Below, in pieces: positions 7,757 to 17,789 of a stretch of 64,000 nt of DNA. The DNA lies in IMG/VR virus record IMGVR_UViG_3300037067_019204, positions 32,001-96,000 of that record. One strand, given 5' to 3'. Under the pieces are notes generated by a model. That model saw nothing but the letters and a program-made list of their open reading frames with translations, was not told the origin of the DNA and did no database searches. The position numbers were made by a program, and so were the translations under genes. How positions within the stretch are numbered: the stretch's first letter is position 1; every line of letters begins with the position of its first letter. This stretch comes from a virus. Lineage: Duplodnaviria > Caudoviricetes.

Positions 7757-7836
7757 ATTATATCTCCTTTTATATGATTAGACACTAAAATATTAGTCTT
7801 TTTTGTTAAAATTTTAAGTATTTTTTGTTTTAAAGA

Positions 7837-7858
7837 ACGATTATGGCTCCGAAATCGT
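7837..7858. repeat. 22-bp dispersed palindrome copy 1
   Basis: ACGATTATGGCTCCGAAATCGT, intergenic. Confidence 0.8.
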
Positions 7859-7911
7859 AATAATTCTATTTTTGTTATAAAATTATGTCACAAAACTCAT
7901 TCTTTGTAATG

Positions 7912-7946
7912 AAAAACTGGCTCATTTTATAATGAGCCAGTTTTTT
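7912..7946. terminator. bidirectional intrinsic terminator
   Basis: AAAAACTGGCTCATT-ttat-AATGAGCCAGTTTTT. Confidence 0.75.
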
Positions 7947-7973
7947 CTTGTTTTATTCTTTCTTTTTAAAAAT

Positions 7974-9056
7974 TTAAGCCCTATACATTGTTAAATGTAT
8001 AATTTTTCCATTAAATTCTACAGCCTCTCCCATTAATCGTTTAGTCTTATTTCTATCTTCATTTTCAGGAAGAATTTGCCTAATTTCAATAACTTTGTAT
8101 TCTTTATTATCAAATAAAGTTTTTTCTTCAAAAGTTGTATTTAATTTCTTTCCAAGGAGGGCTTTTACTTTCTCTGCTTTAAACTCAAAAAGATTAGTAT
8201 CATCTTTTTTCAGATAATTACTACCTTCTTTTTCAACAACATCATTTTTTACAGCTTTCCAAGAATCTGGAAGATCATATACATCTAAACCCTTTATCTC
8301 ATTTTCATAAAGAAAAATAGCACCAATTTGGTTTTCAATAGGTGGTATTTTTTTAAGCATTTTTTGAATCATATCTGACATTTCATCAAGTGTTCCAACA
8401 AGATCATCACAATACAATGATCTTACATTAACATCTCCAAGAGTATCATTTCCTGAAATATCTAAATGAGTATGAGATGCTGAATATATTTCAGCAGGAA
8501 GTACCATACTAGTAGTTGTTATTTCAGGATCATAGAATCTACGAGCTGGATTTCTAAGTATATTTTTGTCAGTGCTTTTTAAGTTTGATGTGGTTGCATA
8601 TTGAGTATTAAAGTTACTAACAGTACTCCAAGTGCGAGACTGACTGGAAAGATCTACATCATAAGGTGCATATCCTCCAAATTTCATCTCAGCTCCCTTT
8701 GAAATACCTTTTGTTTGGTGGATACAACGAACAGAAACTTTTTGACCTCTCCCTGCTCCTATAATGTATCCATGAATTGCAGCTCTTTCTTGGGTTTTAC
8801 CTTTAAAGATTTCACCACGACTAATAAACAGTGGTTTATCTTCATTATTTTTTACATACACAGAATCAACAGCCCCTGTGTCTTCTACTTTTACATCTTG
8901 AGCTTCTGCAAAAGTAATGTAATCTCTTTTCAAGTCACTGTCTCTTTTAACAGGAACAATAACTGAAAGACTTCCTTCATCCAATCTCCAAGCCTCATCG
9001 AGCTGGAATCCATTGGTCTCCTCTACGATAGACTTGATAAAATTTTGTGCTGACAT
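7974..9056 (-). CDS. ARPP-1 (DUF6569)-like domain protein carrying a portal-like peptide
   Basis: VYVKNNEDKPLFISRGEIFKG.TQER...VSVRCIHQ, SSQSRTWS.V, QIGAI, LDVY resemble the ARPP-1 family; internal ILRNPARRFYDPEITTT. Confidence 0.65.
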   Translation of the reverse strand: MSAQNFIKSIVEETNGFQLDEAWRLDEGSLSVIVPVKRDSDLKRDYITFAEAQDVKVEDTGAVDSVYVKNNEDKPLFISRGEIFKGKTQERAAIHGYIIGAGRGQKVSVRCIHQTKGISKGAEMKFGGYAPYDVDLSSQSRTWSTVSNFNTQYATTSNLKSTDKNILRNPARRFYDPEITTTSMVLPAEIYSASHTHLDISGNDTLGDVNVRSLYCDDLVGTLDEMSDMIQKMLKKIPPIENQIGAIFLYENEIKGLDVYDLPDSWKAVKNDVVEKEGSNYLKKDDTNLFEFKAEKVKALLGKKLNTTFEEKTLFDNKEYKVIEIRQILPENEDRNKTKRLMGEAVEFNGKIIHLTMYRA

Positions 9057-9102
9057 TTTAAATGTCTCCTTTTTAATATATTTTAAACTATAAATAGTTT
9101 AA

Positions 9103-9222
9103 TTACTTATTTTCCTCCATAATGATTTGTTTGAATTTGTCACAAAAAGCACACGGATTAGATATAAATCCATAGGTTGAATTATTATAATAACTTCCGA
9201 TAGAACATTGGCAGGACTTCAT
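9103..9222 (-). CDS. small Cys-containing protein, 39 aa (not in ORF track)
   Basis: MKSCQCSIGSYYNNSTYGFISNPCAFCDKFKQIIMEENK*; AGGT RBS inside the upstream palindrome. Confidence 0.4.
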   Translation of the reverse strand: MKSCQCSIGSYYNNSTYGFISNPCAFCDKFKQIIMEENK

Positions 9223-9260
9223 ATATTTTACCTATATTACTGTAATATAGGTAAAATATA
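9222..9260. repeat. perfect 19-bp inverted repeat, 1-nt spacer
   Basis: TATATTTTACCTATATTAC-T-GTAATATAGGTAAAATATA; overlaps the -10 of a TTGACT-17-TATATT promoter (9272-9244, minus). Confidence 0.75.
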
Positions 9261-9294
9261 GTAAAAAGTCAAGTATTTTTTAGATTGTTTTTAT

Positions 9295-9405
9295 CTAGTC
9301 TCCCCCCTCATTCGGATCAATACTTCTCCTAATTGGATAGGTTTTAGGGGGTGTTACTGGTTGTTTTGGTTGTTCATTGGGTGTTGGGTTTTTTATAGTC
9401 CCCAT
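9295..9405 (-). CDS. small Pro-rich protein, 36 aa (not in ORF track)
   Basis: AAGGA RBS; MGTIKNPTPNEQPKQPVTPPKTYPIRRSIDPNEGGD*. Confidence 0.4.
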   Translation of the reverse strand: MGTIKNPTPNEQPKQPVTPPKTYPIRRSIDPNEGGD

Positions 9406-9442
9406 TATATTTTATCCTTTTATTTTACTTTTATAACTTATA

Positions 9443-10063
9443 TTATATAAACTCTGAAAAATATAAAAGACTATGAGAATATTTTTTTTCAAATCCTTCA
9501 TAAAATAGAATGTCTTTATTTATTTTTCTTTTCTTCTGAATAAGAGATTTAATAACTTCTTCGTGAAAAATTTCTTTAAATTTTTCATCATTTGGTTCCA
9601 TATATTTTTCAAAAGATTTAATTCCTAAAGTACAAAATCCTCCCGGAAGTAAAGCTTTTGAATCTATAAATCCATTTGGATAATCATTATTTACTATAAT
9701 ATCTAATGCATCTATATCTTTTAAAAGTAAGTAAAACATAGATTTAAAACCACATCCATATTTACCCCCTAGTTGCATAAAATATGGAATTCTTATAACC
9801 TCTGTTCCAAATTTACTTAACCAATATTCATCTTTTTTATGATCACGAATTATTGTTTTAGGGTCATTAAAATGTCTATAACCATCAAATTCTATTAAAT
9901 ATTTATTTTTATATGTATCAACAACTATATCACCAATCAAACCATTTTCTAATTTTTTATTTGATTTTAATTCAAATTTTCTTTCTTTATTTAATTGAAC
10001 AAACAAATCAAATAATTTTTGTTCTGTTAAATAATCTTTGTATTCTAATATAATATTATTCAT
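9443..10063 (-). CDS. PD-(D/E)xK / Vsr-like (DUF559-type) endonuclease
   Basis: GDIVV...LIEFDGYRHF...RDHKKD...VIRIPYF; has its own promoter. Confidence 0.7.
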   Translation of the reverse strand: MNNIILEYKDYLTEQKLFDLFVQLNKERKFELKSNKKLENGLIGDIVVDTYKNKYLIEFDGYRHFNDPKTIIRDHKKDEYWLSKFGTEVIRIPYFMQLGGKYGCGFKSMFYLLLKDIDALDIIVNNDYPNGFIDSKALLPGGFCTLGIKSFEKYMEPNDEKFKEIFHEEVIKSLIQKKRKINKDILFYEGFEKKYSHSLLYFSEFI

Positions 10064-10098
10064 AATAACTAATCCTTTATAATTTATTTTAAAAATAC

Positions 10099-10127
10099 AT
10101 TATAATAAATGTAATTATAATTGTCAA
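10099..10127 (-). promoter_or_regulatory. consensus sigma70 promoter
   Basis: TTGACA-17 bp-TATAAT. Confidence 0.8.
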
Positions 10128-10150
10128 TTATTTTTTTAATATTTTTAGAC

Positions 10151-10178
10151 AAAAAAATAGCCCCTTTCGGGGCTATTT
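10151..10178 (-). terminator. intrinsic terminator after MCP
   Basis: AAAUAGCCCC GAAA GGGGCUAUUUUUUU. Confidence 0.85.
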
Positions 10179-10199
10179 AAAAATTCAAAATTTAAAATC

Positions 10200-11363
10200 T
10201 TATGCAGAGATCCAAGAAGGAACTGTTGCACTTGATTTAACCGCGCAAGCAACTGCTCTTGGGTTAACAACGACTTGACTGATTTGTTCAAGGAATAACC
10301 ATCCATATGCTGGTTGATTAAACACAAACATATCAGCAGGAAGTACAGTAAGCTCAACCCTTATAGGCATTGCACCCAAGTATCTCCCTTCGGTAACTGC
10401 GAAGATCATTCCCTCAGGCACAGACACGTTCTCAAGCCCTTGTTCATCAACCCCAGCGGTCACGAAAATGTTAACTCCCCAAATGCTTCCAAAGATACCT
10501 GTAAGAAGAAGGTCTCTGGAAGTAATAGGATCGTAATCGATTGCGTTTATATTCTTTTTCAAGTCACCAAGCTCGGCACGATTCATGATAAATTTATCGA
10601 CCAACAGCCTGTGTCTCTCAACTTCGTACTGTAATGTTTCAAGAACGCTCTTAGAAACAGTTGAAGTTACATTAATCAAAGAGTTTTCCAAAGTAGCTGA
10701 TTGATAGAGTTCACGGAGTCCGTTGCGGTCTTCTTTCAACATAATCTGGAAAGTGGTCTTGTCGTGAGTACGGTCTACTATGTCATACTGTCTTTGAGCG
10801 ATCTCAGAGATAGTAATGATCGGGCGAGAAGTTACTAAGTACTCAGGTGGGAAAATCCTGTTTCCTTTAACAACTGTTTCGACTGTTTGACCGTCTTCTT
10901 GAATAACAAGAGCCGTTACGTTTACGTCTTTTTCATATGAGTTAATCTGTCCTTGCGCTAATTGGTGAGTTCTGAATACCTGACGGATGAAACCTTCATA
11001 GTCTAGACGATCTAGAATAAGGGGTATCATTTCAGCACCGAAACGGAGTCTTTCCATTTCGTCGCCAGCAAATACTGATTCAACTATTCTTTGTTTCTCT
11101 TCTGGTGTGTAGAAAGATGCTTGTTTTCCGGGTCTTTGATATAAAGCACGGCGTTCAGCAAATTTCATTTGTTGGGTAATCGCGTCTTTTTTGTCCCATG
11201 CATTAAGTTCATTATTTGCACCGAACATGTGGCCACTCGCTTCGATCTCTCTTCCGTTGGATTTAATTCCACCAAAAGGTTTAGGATCTAACAGCCTTTC
11301 ATCATACTTCGCAGCAACTGCTGCTGTTCTAACTTCTTTCTTTTCTATTCCATCTGCCCACAT
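10200..11363 (-). CDS. major capsid protein (HK97 fold)
   Basis: PLILDRLDYEGFIRQVF...LAQGQINSYEKD, G..GSIWGVNI, VPEGMIF, C-terminal VVNPRAV; higher-GC codon usage, strong RBS and terminator; follows scaffold and decoration genes. Confidence 0.85.
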   Translation of the reverse strand: MWADGIEKKEVRTAAVAAKYDERLLDPKPFGGIKSNGREIEASGHMFGANNELNAWDKKDAITQQMKFAERRALYQRPGKQASFYTPEEKQRIVESVFAGDEMERLRFGAEMIPLILDRLDYEGFIRQVFRTHQLAQGQINSYEKDVNVTALVIQEDGQTVETVVKGNRIFPPEYLVTSRPIITISEIAQRQYDIVDRTHDKTTFQIMLKEDRNGLRELYQSATLENSLINVTSTVSKSVLETLQYEVERHRLLVDKFIMNRAELGDLKKNINAIDYDPITSRDLLLTGIFGSIWGVNIFVTAGVDEQGLENVSVPEGMIFAVTEGRYLGAMPIRVELTVLPADMFVFNQPAYGWLFLEQISQVVVNPRAVACAVKSSATVPSWISA

Positions 11364-11374
11364 AACTTATCTCC

Positions 11375-12094
11375 TTATGCTAATCTCATTTGGAATTGAA
11401 GTTCTGGATTACTTGCTGTAGGAACCTTTGTAACGAAGCCAATTGCTTGTCCACTACCACCAATTGTCGGAAGCCCATTTGAGCTTACTGTAACAGCGGT
11501 ATTTAGTGCCCATGCCACATTAATTTCATAACAAAGAGTTGCGATTTCACCATTACCTTCAATAACTGAAGCACACCCAGACCCCAACGTCTGGTCTATA
11601 CCCGAAAGATTCGGATCTAGATATCTGTAATTCACACCAACAGTCTCGGTTGTACCAATAGTTGTACCACCGTTAAGAGTCAACGTACCATTAGTTGTAC
11701 TAATAGTATAGTCTGTACTACTTGAATAAGCAGTACCAGTACTTGTGTTATAAACTCTGTATTCAGATGTTTGTAAATTTGAGTGCGCCAAATTAACAGT
11801 TGACGCAGCACCTGTAAAAGTCACCAATTCCCCAGCGACGGGGCGATAAAAACTTGTGGTTTTATGGCAGTTAAATAGACCCAAGATCTTCCCAGAAATA
11901 TATCTGCTGGATGTTGAATCTGCTACAACCAAATTTCCACTAGAATCTAGGCAAGCAACATAACCAGCGATAAAACTTGCAGACGCATCCACAGGTCTCC
12001 ATCCAGTTACGATATTGCCACTTAGCTTACGAACAGAATTAACAATCCCATTTCTACCAATGGGAGGCATTGAACCAATACTAGGTATTGTCAT
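11375..12094 (-). CDS. head decoration/cement protein
   Basis: directly upstream of MCP; FIAGYVACL...IDQTLGSG...IGFVTKVP; T/S-rich beta insert. Confidence 0.6.
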   Translation of the reverse strand: MTIPSIGSMPPIGRNGIVNSVRKLSGNIVTGWRPVDASASFIAGYVACLDSSGNLVVADSTSSRYISGKILGLFNCHKTTSFYRPVAGELVTFTGAASTVNLAHSNLQTSEYRVYNTSTGTAYSSSTDYTISTTNGTLTLNGGTTIGTTETVGVNYRYLDPNLSGIDQTLGSGCASVIEGNGEIATLCYEINVAWALNTAVTVSSNGLPTIGGSGQAIGFVTKVPTASNPELQFQMRLA

Positions 12095-12117
12095 AATTGC
12101 TAATCCTCCTTAAAATT

Positions 12118-14385
12118 TTAGTATCCACGTTTCCTATTATAGGTATCATCACGGGATACATCTTCCCAATAATTCCTATAGTCCTCTCTACGATCTTTAC
12201 TTGCTTGAGTACCTCTAAGAGGAGTTTCTTTAACACTCGCAGTCTTCTCCCTTGTAACTTCTTGAGAAGCAGTTACAGTCTCGGAAGACTCCTGAGAACC
12301 TTCTTTCACTTTAAATTCTTTTGTATATTTTGCAACTTTTATGAAATCATTAACATCTTTTCCCATAAAAGTATCAAAAGCTTCTTTCATCACTTCTTTT
12401 TGAGATTGCTCATACCCATCAACAAATGAGTTATGTGCTATATCTTCAGCAGCTTCTTTATTAATACCACTATTAACCATATTTGCAACAAAAGCTTCTT
12501 TCAAAGGATTAGGAATAAGTCCTTTCAATTGCTGTTGTGAAGCAAGTTCAACTGCAAGACGAGCTTTAGAAATTTCGTTTTGCACAGTTGATTGTCTTAT
12601 TCTTTCAGCAACTTCAACACTTACTTTGCCTTTTTCAGAACATTTACCTTTTTCTGGTGTTCTTGCAGTTTCACTGATAGATTTAGGAGCAATACTTTGT
12701 GCTCTTTCTCCTTCAGGATGTTTTCCACCAGAGATTTCACTATTAATAGTGGAAGCTTGTTGTTTAGCTGTTGTAGCATTAATATTGTCAACTTTTTGTT
12801 TATTCAGGTCTTTAAATGGGTAGAGTTGTGCTTCTTTTGTCATTGCGAGCCTCTCTTTTATAACAGAGACAATAGATTGTGCAGAAATAGATGCAGATTT
12901 ATCGGCTTCTTCTTCTTCCTTTTTTTCGTCACCAACACCTTCTTCACTAGCTTCACTACCTTCTTCACTACCATCGTCAGCTTTTTTAGTTTTGTCGTCG
13001 TCTTTTTTCTCTTCTTTTTTATCTTCTTTCTTATCGTCTTTCTTGTCTTCTTTCTTTTTCTCTGGTCCTACTTTACCCATTGCTACATCCATAGCTTTTT
13101 GGCTATCTTTTGCAGCTTCTTTTGTAAGTTCTTCTGATCCCGCAGCCACTTCTTTCTTTTCTGGTGCAGGTCCACCAAAAGGTTTTGGTTCTTCTTTCTT
13201 TGGGCCACCAAAAGGCTTAACATCACCTTTTGCAACAGGAAGAGCTTTATCCATAGTTGCTTTCCCTTTCCCCATTTCGCCTTCTAGATCATCAAAATCT
13301 TTTTTAGGAATGGTTTCATCTTTCTTTAATGCTGAACCTTTTCCTAAGAAATCAGCAAGGGCTTGAATAGCATCTTTAAGTTTACCTATAATTGCGTCTA
13401 ATCCACCAGCTCCCGGAGCCATTGGGCCAGCACCCATTCCTCCACCCGGCATTCCCATTCCACCCGGCATTCCAAGCTCACCTTGTTTAATAAGAGCTTC
13501 AATACCAGCTTGCTTAATAAAACCTTCTTGAACTTCTTCAAGAAGAGCTTCTACTTTTCTTCTTGCGATTGAAATACCCTCGATTACATTAGAAACATCT
13601 GTTGCTTCTTTGAGTACAAGGGTTCCATCTTTTAATTCGACTTGTTTCTTCATGAGTACACTCCTGTTAAAATTTGCATCTTTATAAGATGCGGAAGTAT
13701 TGCTTTGTGCTGCTTTAGGAGGGTTTACACCCATTGTATCATTATCAGGCTTTTTTTCCATTAAAGGGGGATTTCCTTCTTTACCTGCTGGTTTTTTAGT
13801 AATAGGAGGAAGTCCCTGTAATAGTTGAGTCTGCTTTTCTTCTTTTTGTAAATTTCTCTGATTTGTTTGGATTATATCCATAACATAATCTGAAAAACTA
13901 TCAAACCCCTTCTCGTGTTGTAAATCTTGTATCCTGTATGGCTTAAATCCTTCATTAAGAAGGGAATCTGCTATTAAATCAATAAGTTCTTCTTCTTTAT
14001 CTCTAGGTAAGAGCCTTTTTTTAGCTCTATCTATCAATTCTTTTGTTTCATCATTAGTATGACGAAGTTTTTCTATTGTATCAGAAACAAGTAAATTTGC
14101 TTTGTCATTTAATTGCTTCTCTGGATCTTGTGACGGCAAAGCAGGTTTTTTTGCACCTGCTCCCATTTGTAAACCAGCCATTGTTCCAGCATCTGTTGCG
14201 GCCCCACCACCTGTAGGTGCTCCCGGTGCTCCGGCTGGTTTTACCCCACCTGCTCCTCCAATTGGAGTTGGTGGACCTAATTTATTAGGATCTGGTGGTG
14301 TTTTACTGCCTTCCCCACTTGATGGTGCAGAATGCAGACTTGGTATTTGATTAAGACTACCAGCACTATCTATTGTTTGGGGCAT
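12118..14385 (-). CDS. putative capsid scaffolding protein
   Basis: low-complexity G/P, GGM and K/D/E tracts, coiled-coil C-terminus; between protease and MCP. Confidence 0.6.
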   Translation of the reverse strand: MPQTIDSAGSLNQIPSLHSAPSSGEGSKTPPDPNKLGPPTPIGGAGGVKPAGAPGAPTGGGAATDAGTMAGLQMGAGAKKPALPSQDPEKQLNDKANLLVSDTIEKLRHTNDETKELIDRAKKRLLPRDKEEELIDLIADSLLNEGFKPYRIQDLQHEKGFDSFSDYVMDIIQTNQRNLQKEEKQTQLLQGLPPITKKPAGKEGNPPLMEKKPDNDTMGVNPPKAAQSNTSASYKDANFNRSVLMKKQVELKDGTLVLKEATDVSNVIEGISIARRKVEALLEEVQEGFIKQAGIEALIKQGELGMPGGMGMPGGGMGAGPMAPGAGGLDAIIGKLKDAIQALADFLGKGSALKKDETIPKKDFDDLEGEMGKGKATMDKALPVAKGDVKPFGGPKKEEPKPFGGPAPEKKEVAAGSEELTKEAAKDSQKAMDVAMGKVGPEKKKEDKKDDKKEDKKEEKKDDDKTKKADDGSEEGSEASEEGVGDEKKEEEEADKSASISAQSIVSVIKERLAMTKEAQLYPFKDLNKQKVDNINATTAKQQASTINSEISGGKHPEGERAQSIAPKSISETARTPEKGKCSEKGKVSVEVAERIRQSTVQNEISKARLAVELASQQQLKGLIPNPLKEAFVANMVNSGINKEAAEDIAHNSFVDGYEQSQKEVMKEAFDTFMGKDVNDFIKVAKYTKEFKVKEGSQESSETVTASQEVTREKTASVKETPLRGTQASKDRREDYRNYWEDVSRDDTYNRKRGY

Positions 14386-14469
14386 AGTAACACCACATCT
14401 ATATTTGATATAAAATATAATATTTGTTTATAAAAATTTAAGGAATCTGTACAAAAAAACATATTTGGT

Positions 14470-14994
14470 TTATATATGTACCAATTGTTCAAGGCTACCA
14501 ACTAAAGGTAAATCTTTTTTACCCTCTGGTGTCATTTCACCAGCAGGTTTAGGTGCTTCTTTTGGTTCTGGAGAAGCCATAGATGATGGGGCTGTTCCCA
14601 AATCTTTCATAGGTTCAGTTGGTTTAGGTGTCTCCATAAGTTCTGGAGAAGGATTTATTGGAGTCATTGGTGGTTTTGTAATAGATGAATCTTCTATTGG
14701 AGTAGTTAAATTATTATTTTCACCAATTTCTCCTTGTGAATATAATTGTCTTAATAATTTTGTTAAATCATCTGGGTTTCCACTAAAAGAAACATCTGCT
14801 GTTTTTATACCAAAAGCATTATTAATATCTTCATGGATACTAGCCCACACATGAAAAAAATCAGATATAGTGATGTCAGCTTTTTCAGCCCAATCCACAA
14901 AAACATCTTCTATATCAGCGATTCCTTCTGTGCGACTAGCATATTTCCAGAAATCTTTAGTATGATTTTTAACTTTTTCTGTTAATGTCATCAA
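14470..14994 (-). CDS. head-associated hypothetical protein
   Basis: shares the DFWKYAS...VF..W.EK.D.TI module with the neighbouring gene. Confidence 0.65.
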   Translation of the reverse strand: MMTLTEKVKNHTKDFWKYASRTEGIADIEDVFVDWAEKADITISDFFHVWASIHEDINNAFGIKTADVSFSGNPDDLTKLLRQLYSQGEIGENNNLTTPIEDSSITKPPMTPINPSPELMETPKPTEPMKDLGTAPSSMASPEPKEAPKPAGEMTPEGKKDLPLVGSLEQLVHI

Positions 14995-15018
14995 AATGCT
15001 CCTGTATAAAATCTTATA

Positions 15019-16863
15019 TTAAATGAAAGTGTTAAATTGCTCTTGTAAAAAATTCTTTAAATCTGTAGCTATAAAATAATTTGCAGATCTTTTTGTTTCA
15101 TCATCATAAGCTGGAGAAATATTTATATTTTCTTGTACTATTTCTGCTAATCTTGTTGCTATATTTATTGTTAGATTTGAGGGACCAGCAACTCCTCCCA
15201 CCCCATAATTCTCTGCTATAAAATTATTAAATTCTTGTTCAGAAATAGAATCTATATTAGAATTTAATCTTGCAGTTTGAAAATCTGTACCACCAGAAAA
15301 GATCATATCTACAATATTATACAAAGTTCTTATAGTATTAGAAAATACGCTTGCAAAATCAACTTGATCTATATTAATTTGAGATTCTTTATTTAAATTA
15401 AAAGCTTTTTTAACATCATTAGTAACTTCTTCCCAAGCATGAACTAATTCATTTATTGTAAGATCACTTTTTTCAACCCAACTTGCAAAAACTTCTTCTA
15501 GTGTATAATCTCCTCTTGTTTGAGAAGCATATTTCCAAAAATCAGATGATACACTACCCTCTTTCTTAACTCCCATTGTTTCTTCTAGCCAATGTTTTGC
15601 CGCAGATTCTGACTCATTTAGATCACCTTTTTTAACTAAAAGATCATGCAATTGTTCTGCAACTTCTTTTTTCTTTATTTCTAAATCTGTCGCAATATTG
15701 TCTATAGTTTTAGTATCACCAACTGTTTGTATCTGTTTTGTAAATTCTGATAATTTGTTTTTTAAGTATTCACTATGCAAAAAATCTTTTGTTATTAATT
15801 CTGCTGTTTTATTATTAGTAATTTGTTCTTTAGCAGAAACAGAGGAAGAATTATCAGGTTGTTCTTCTTTTTTTGATTTTTCTGGATCACCCCCAAGTAA
15901 TCCACCTTCTTCTGCTTCTCCCGGTTTTCCTATATTTTTAGTTCCCACATTGTATATAGCATCAGCCACTTCTTGACTAACTTGTTCACCAGTATTTTGG
16001 CTAATTAAAGCAGGGTCTTTTGATAAAAGAATTTTTTTAGTATCATTTGTAATATCTGCAATATCTTGTGCATTGAAAATATTATTGATTTGATTAAATT
16101 CTTCTATTTTTCTTGCTAATGCACCATACCACTTTCTTAAAGGATTAAATAGATTACTTTCTTCAGCAAACTTTGCTTTGTTTGTATCTTTTGCTCCTAC
16201 AAAGGATGGCTCTTGTTCTGCCCCACCCATTCCCTCTATATTCTCTTTAACAAAATCCACAAATTTTTTAATAATCTCATTTGATATAAAACGTTTAACA
16301 CTTTCTTTATCCATTTGTTGATTATCTGAAGAGGTTTCTTGTGTTTGTGTTGGGTTTGCAGGAGCTGCAAAATCTTCACCTTGGCGTATTTTTAACGGCA
16401 ATTTTGGGTCAATTAATCTTTGTAAGACTTCTTGTAACCTATTGGCTTTCTTTAGAAGGATATCATCTATACCTGCCATAACGGGTTCACCTCTTTCAGT
16501 TTTATGCTTAAATGTAATATGTAATTGTATCTCATTTTGAAATGCACGGTCAGTATTATATTTTTCTTTAAATTTTCTAACTAATTCCACCACTTTTTGT
16601 TTGGTAGAAAGTTCTATTGAATCTCTTTTTATACCTTGTTCATAAATATCAACTATATAACCACTACCAACAACAGCTCCCGGCTTTTTTTTCCTTACAA
16701 ATATATCGGTTCCAACACCAAGAGTTACTTTTTCTTCTTGTTCTTTTTTCTTTTTTTCTGCTACCTCTGCTGGTTCAGCTTCTTCAACATTACCCGGATC
16801 AAGTTGTTGGAAAACATTCGGGTTTTGAGGTTGATTTTGTTGATATAAATATTCATTTGCCAT
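15019..16863 (-). CDS. head-associated hypothetical protein
   Basis: 614-aa ORF with many KxA motifs and the DFWKYAS module. Confidence 0.7.
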   Translation of the reverse strand: MANEYLYQQNQPQNPNVFQQLDPGNVEEAEPAEVAEKKKKEQEEKVTLGVGTDIFVRKKKPGAVVGSGYIVDIYEQGIKRDSIELSTKQKVVELVRKFKEKYNTDRAFQNEIQLHITFKHKTERGEPVMAGIDDILLKKANRLQEVLQRLIDPKLPLKIRQGEDFAAPANPTQTQETSSDNQQMDKESVKRFISNEIIKKFVDFVKENIEGMGGAEQEPSFVGAKDTNKAKFAEESNLFNPLRKWYGALARKIEEFNQINNIFNAQDIADITNDTKKILLSKDPALISQNTGEQVSQEVADAIYNVGTKNIGKPGEAEEGGLLGGDPEKSKKEEQPDNSSSVSAKEQITNNKTAELITKDFLHSEYLKNKLSEFTKQIQTVGDTKTIDNIATDLEIKKKEVAEQLHDLLVKKGDLNESESAAKHWLEETMGVKKEGSVSSDFWKYASQTRGDYTLEEVFASWVEKSDLTINELVHAWEEVTNDVKKAFNLNKESQINIDQVDFASVFSNTIRTLYNIVDMIFSGGTDFQTARLNSNIDSISEQEFNNFIAENYGVGGVAGPSNLTINIATRLAEIVQENINISPAYDDETKRSANYFIATDLKNFLQEQFNTFI

Positions 16864-16878
16864 AACATAATAAACTAT

Positions 16879-17757
16879 TTAAGCAATACACTCCAATCTA
16901 TAAATTAATTGGTCTAATTGATTGGCTAAACGTTTTTTGTCCTGTATTGAAGAAGAATCTGTTATCATACGATGCACAGTATTCATAATATTAATAATTT
17001 CTTGTCCTTGATAAGTTTCATTCGCAACTTTTAATAATCTTCCCGGTAAAATTTCACTTACAGTATCAATAACATATGCAGTTGTACATGCTGGGCTAGA
17101 AACAACAGAAAGCTCATAAAAATCAACACCTTTTAAAATTTCTGCTATTTTTACACCATTATGTCTACCACCTCTATTATACTTCAAGTGGTTGCATATA
17201 TCGGCTTCTTTAACTATTTTTTTACCACAACAAGTAGATATACTATGTTTAATAGAACATCCCATACTAACAGGAACACGATCAGCATATTTTTGCATCG
17301 TTCTGGCAATATTTGGGGCTTTCTTAATATCCAATCCAAAAAGACAAGTAACATGACCGTCTTCATAAGGCTCAGGAATCAAAACAGAATCAAAAATCAA
17401 TCCTATAGCATTTTCAAAAGATTTACTTTGGTGATCTTTATACAACGCCGCAGTTCTAAAAGTTAGATATCTAGGAATATTCTTATCAGGATGAATCTCT
17501 TCCAATTCTGATCTATCAAAATAATCTGCATTTTTATTTACTTTTGCTTCCCAAAAACCTTTACCATATTTCCCATAATAATCACCAAAATCTAAAGCTC
17601 TTGTTGTTCCATAAATATAATCTTCAACGACAGGAGAAAGCCAATGGGCCTTTCTTTTTATGTCGATAACCTCAGCTATCTTCTCCCTGTCTTTACTACT
17701 GAATTCTTTAAATTCTTTGCAAGTATTTTCTTGACCAGATATGTAATGAACAGCCAT
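16879..17757 (-). CDS. prohead maturation protease
   Basis: NKNADYF...EL, DH, VSMGC, C.H, FYELSVVSSPA motifs typical of phage prohead serine proteases. Confidence 0.75.
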   Translation of the reverse strand: MAVHYISGQENTCKEFKEFSSKDREKIAEVIDIKRKAHWLSPVVEDYIYGTTRALDFGDYYGKYGKGFWEAKVNKNADYFDRSELEEIHPDKNIPRYLTFRTAALYKDHQSKSFENAIGLIFDSVLIPEPYEDGHVTCLFGLDIKKAPNIARTMQKYADRVPVSMGCSIKHSISTCCGKKIVKEADICNHLKYNRGGRHNGVKIAEILKGVDFYELSVVSSPACTTAYVIDTVSEILPGRLLKVANETYQGQEIINIMNTVHRMITDSSSIQDKKRLANQLDQLIYRLECIA

Positions 17758-17789
17758 GTTTATTTTCCTATCGTTTATAAAAACAAATC

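Noticed and set aside
12990-13480. Tandem DNA repeats in the scaffold gene (KKEDKKDD, GMPGG, KPFGGP)
   Set aside because: Explained by low-complexity protein sequence; not an independent element
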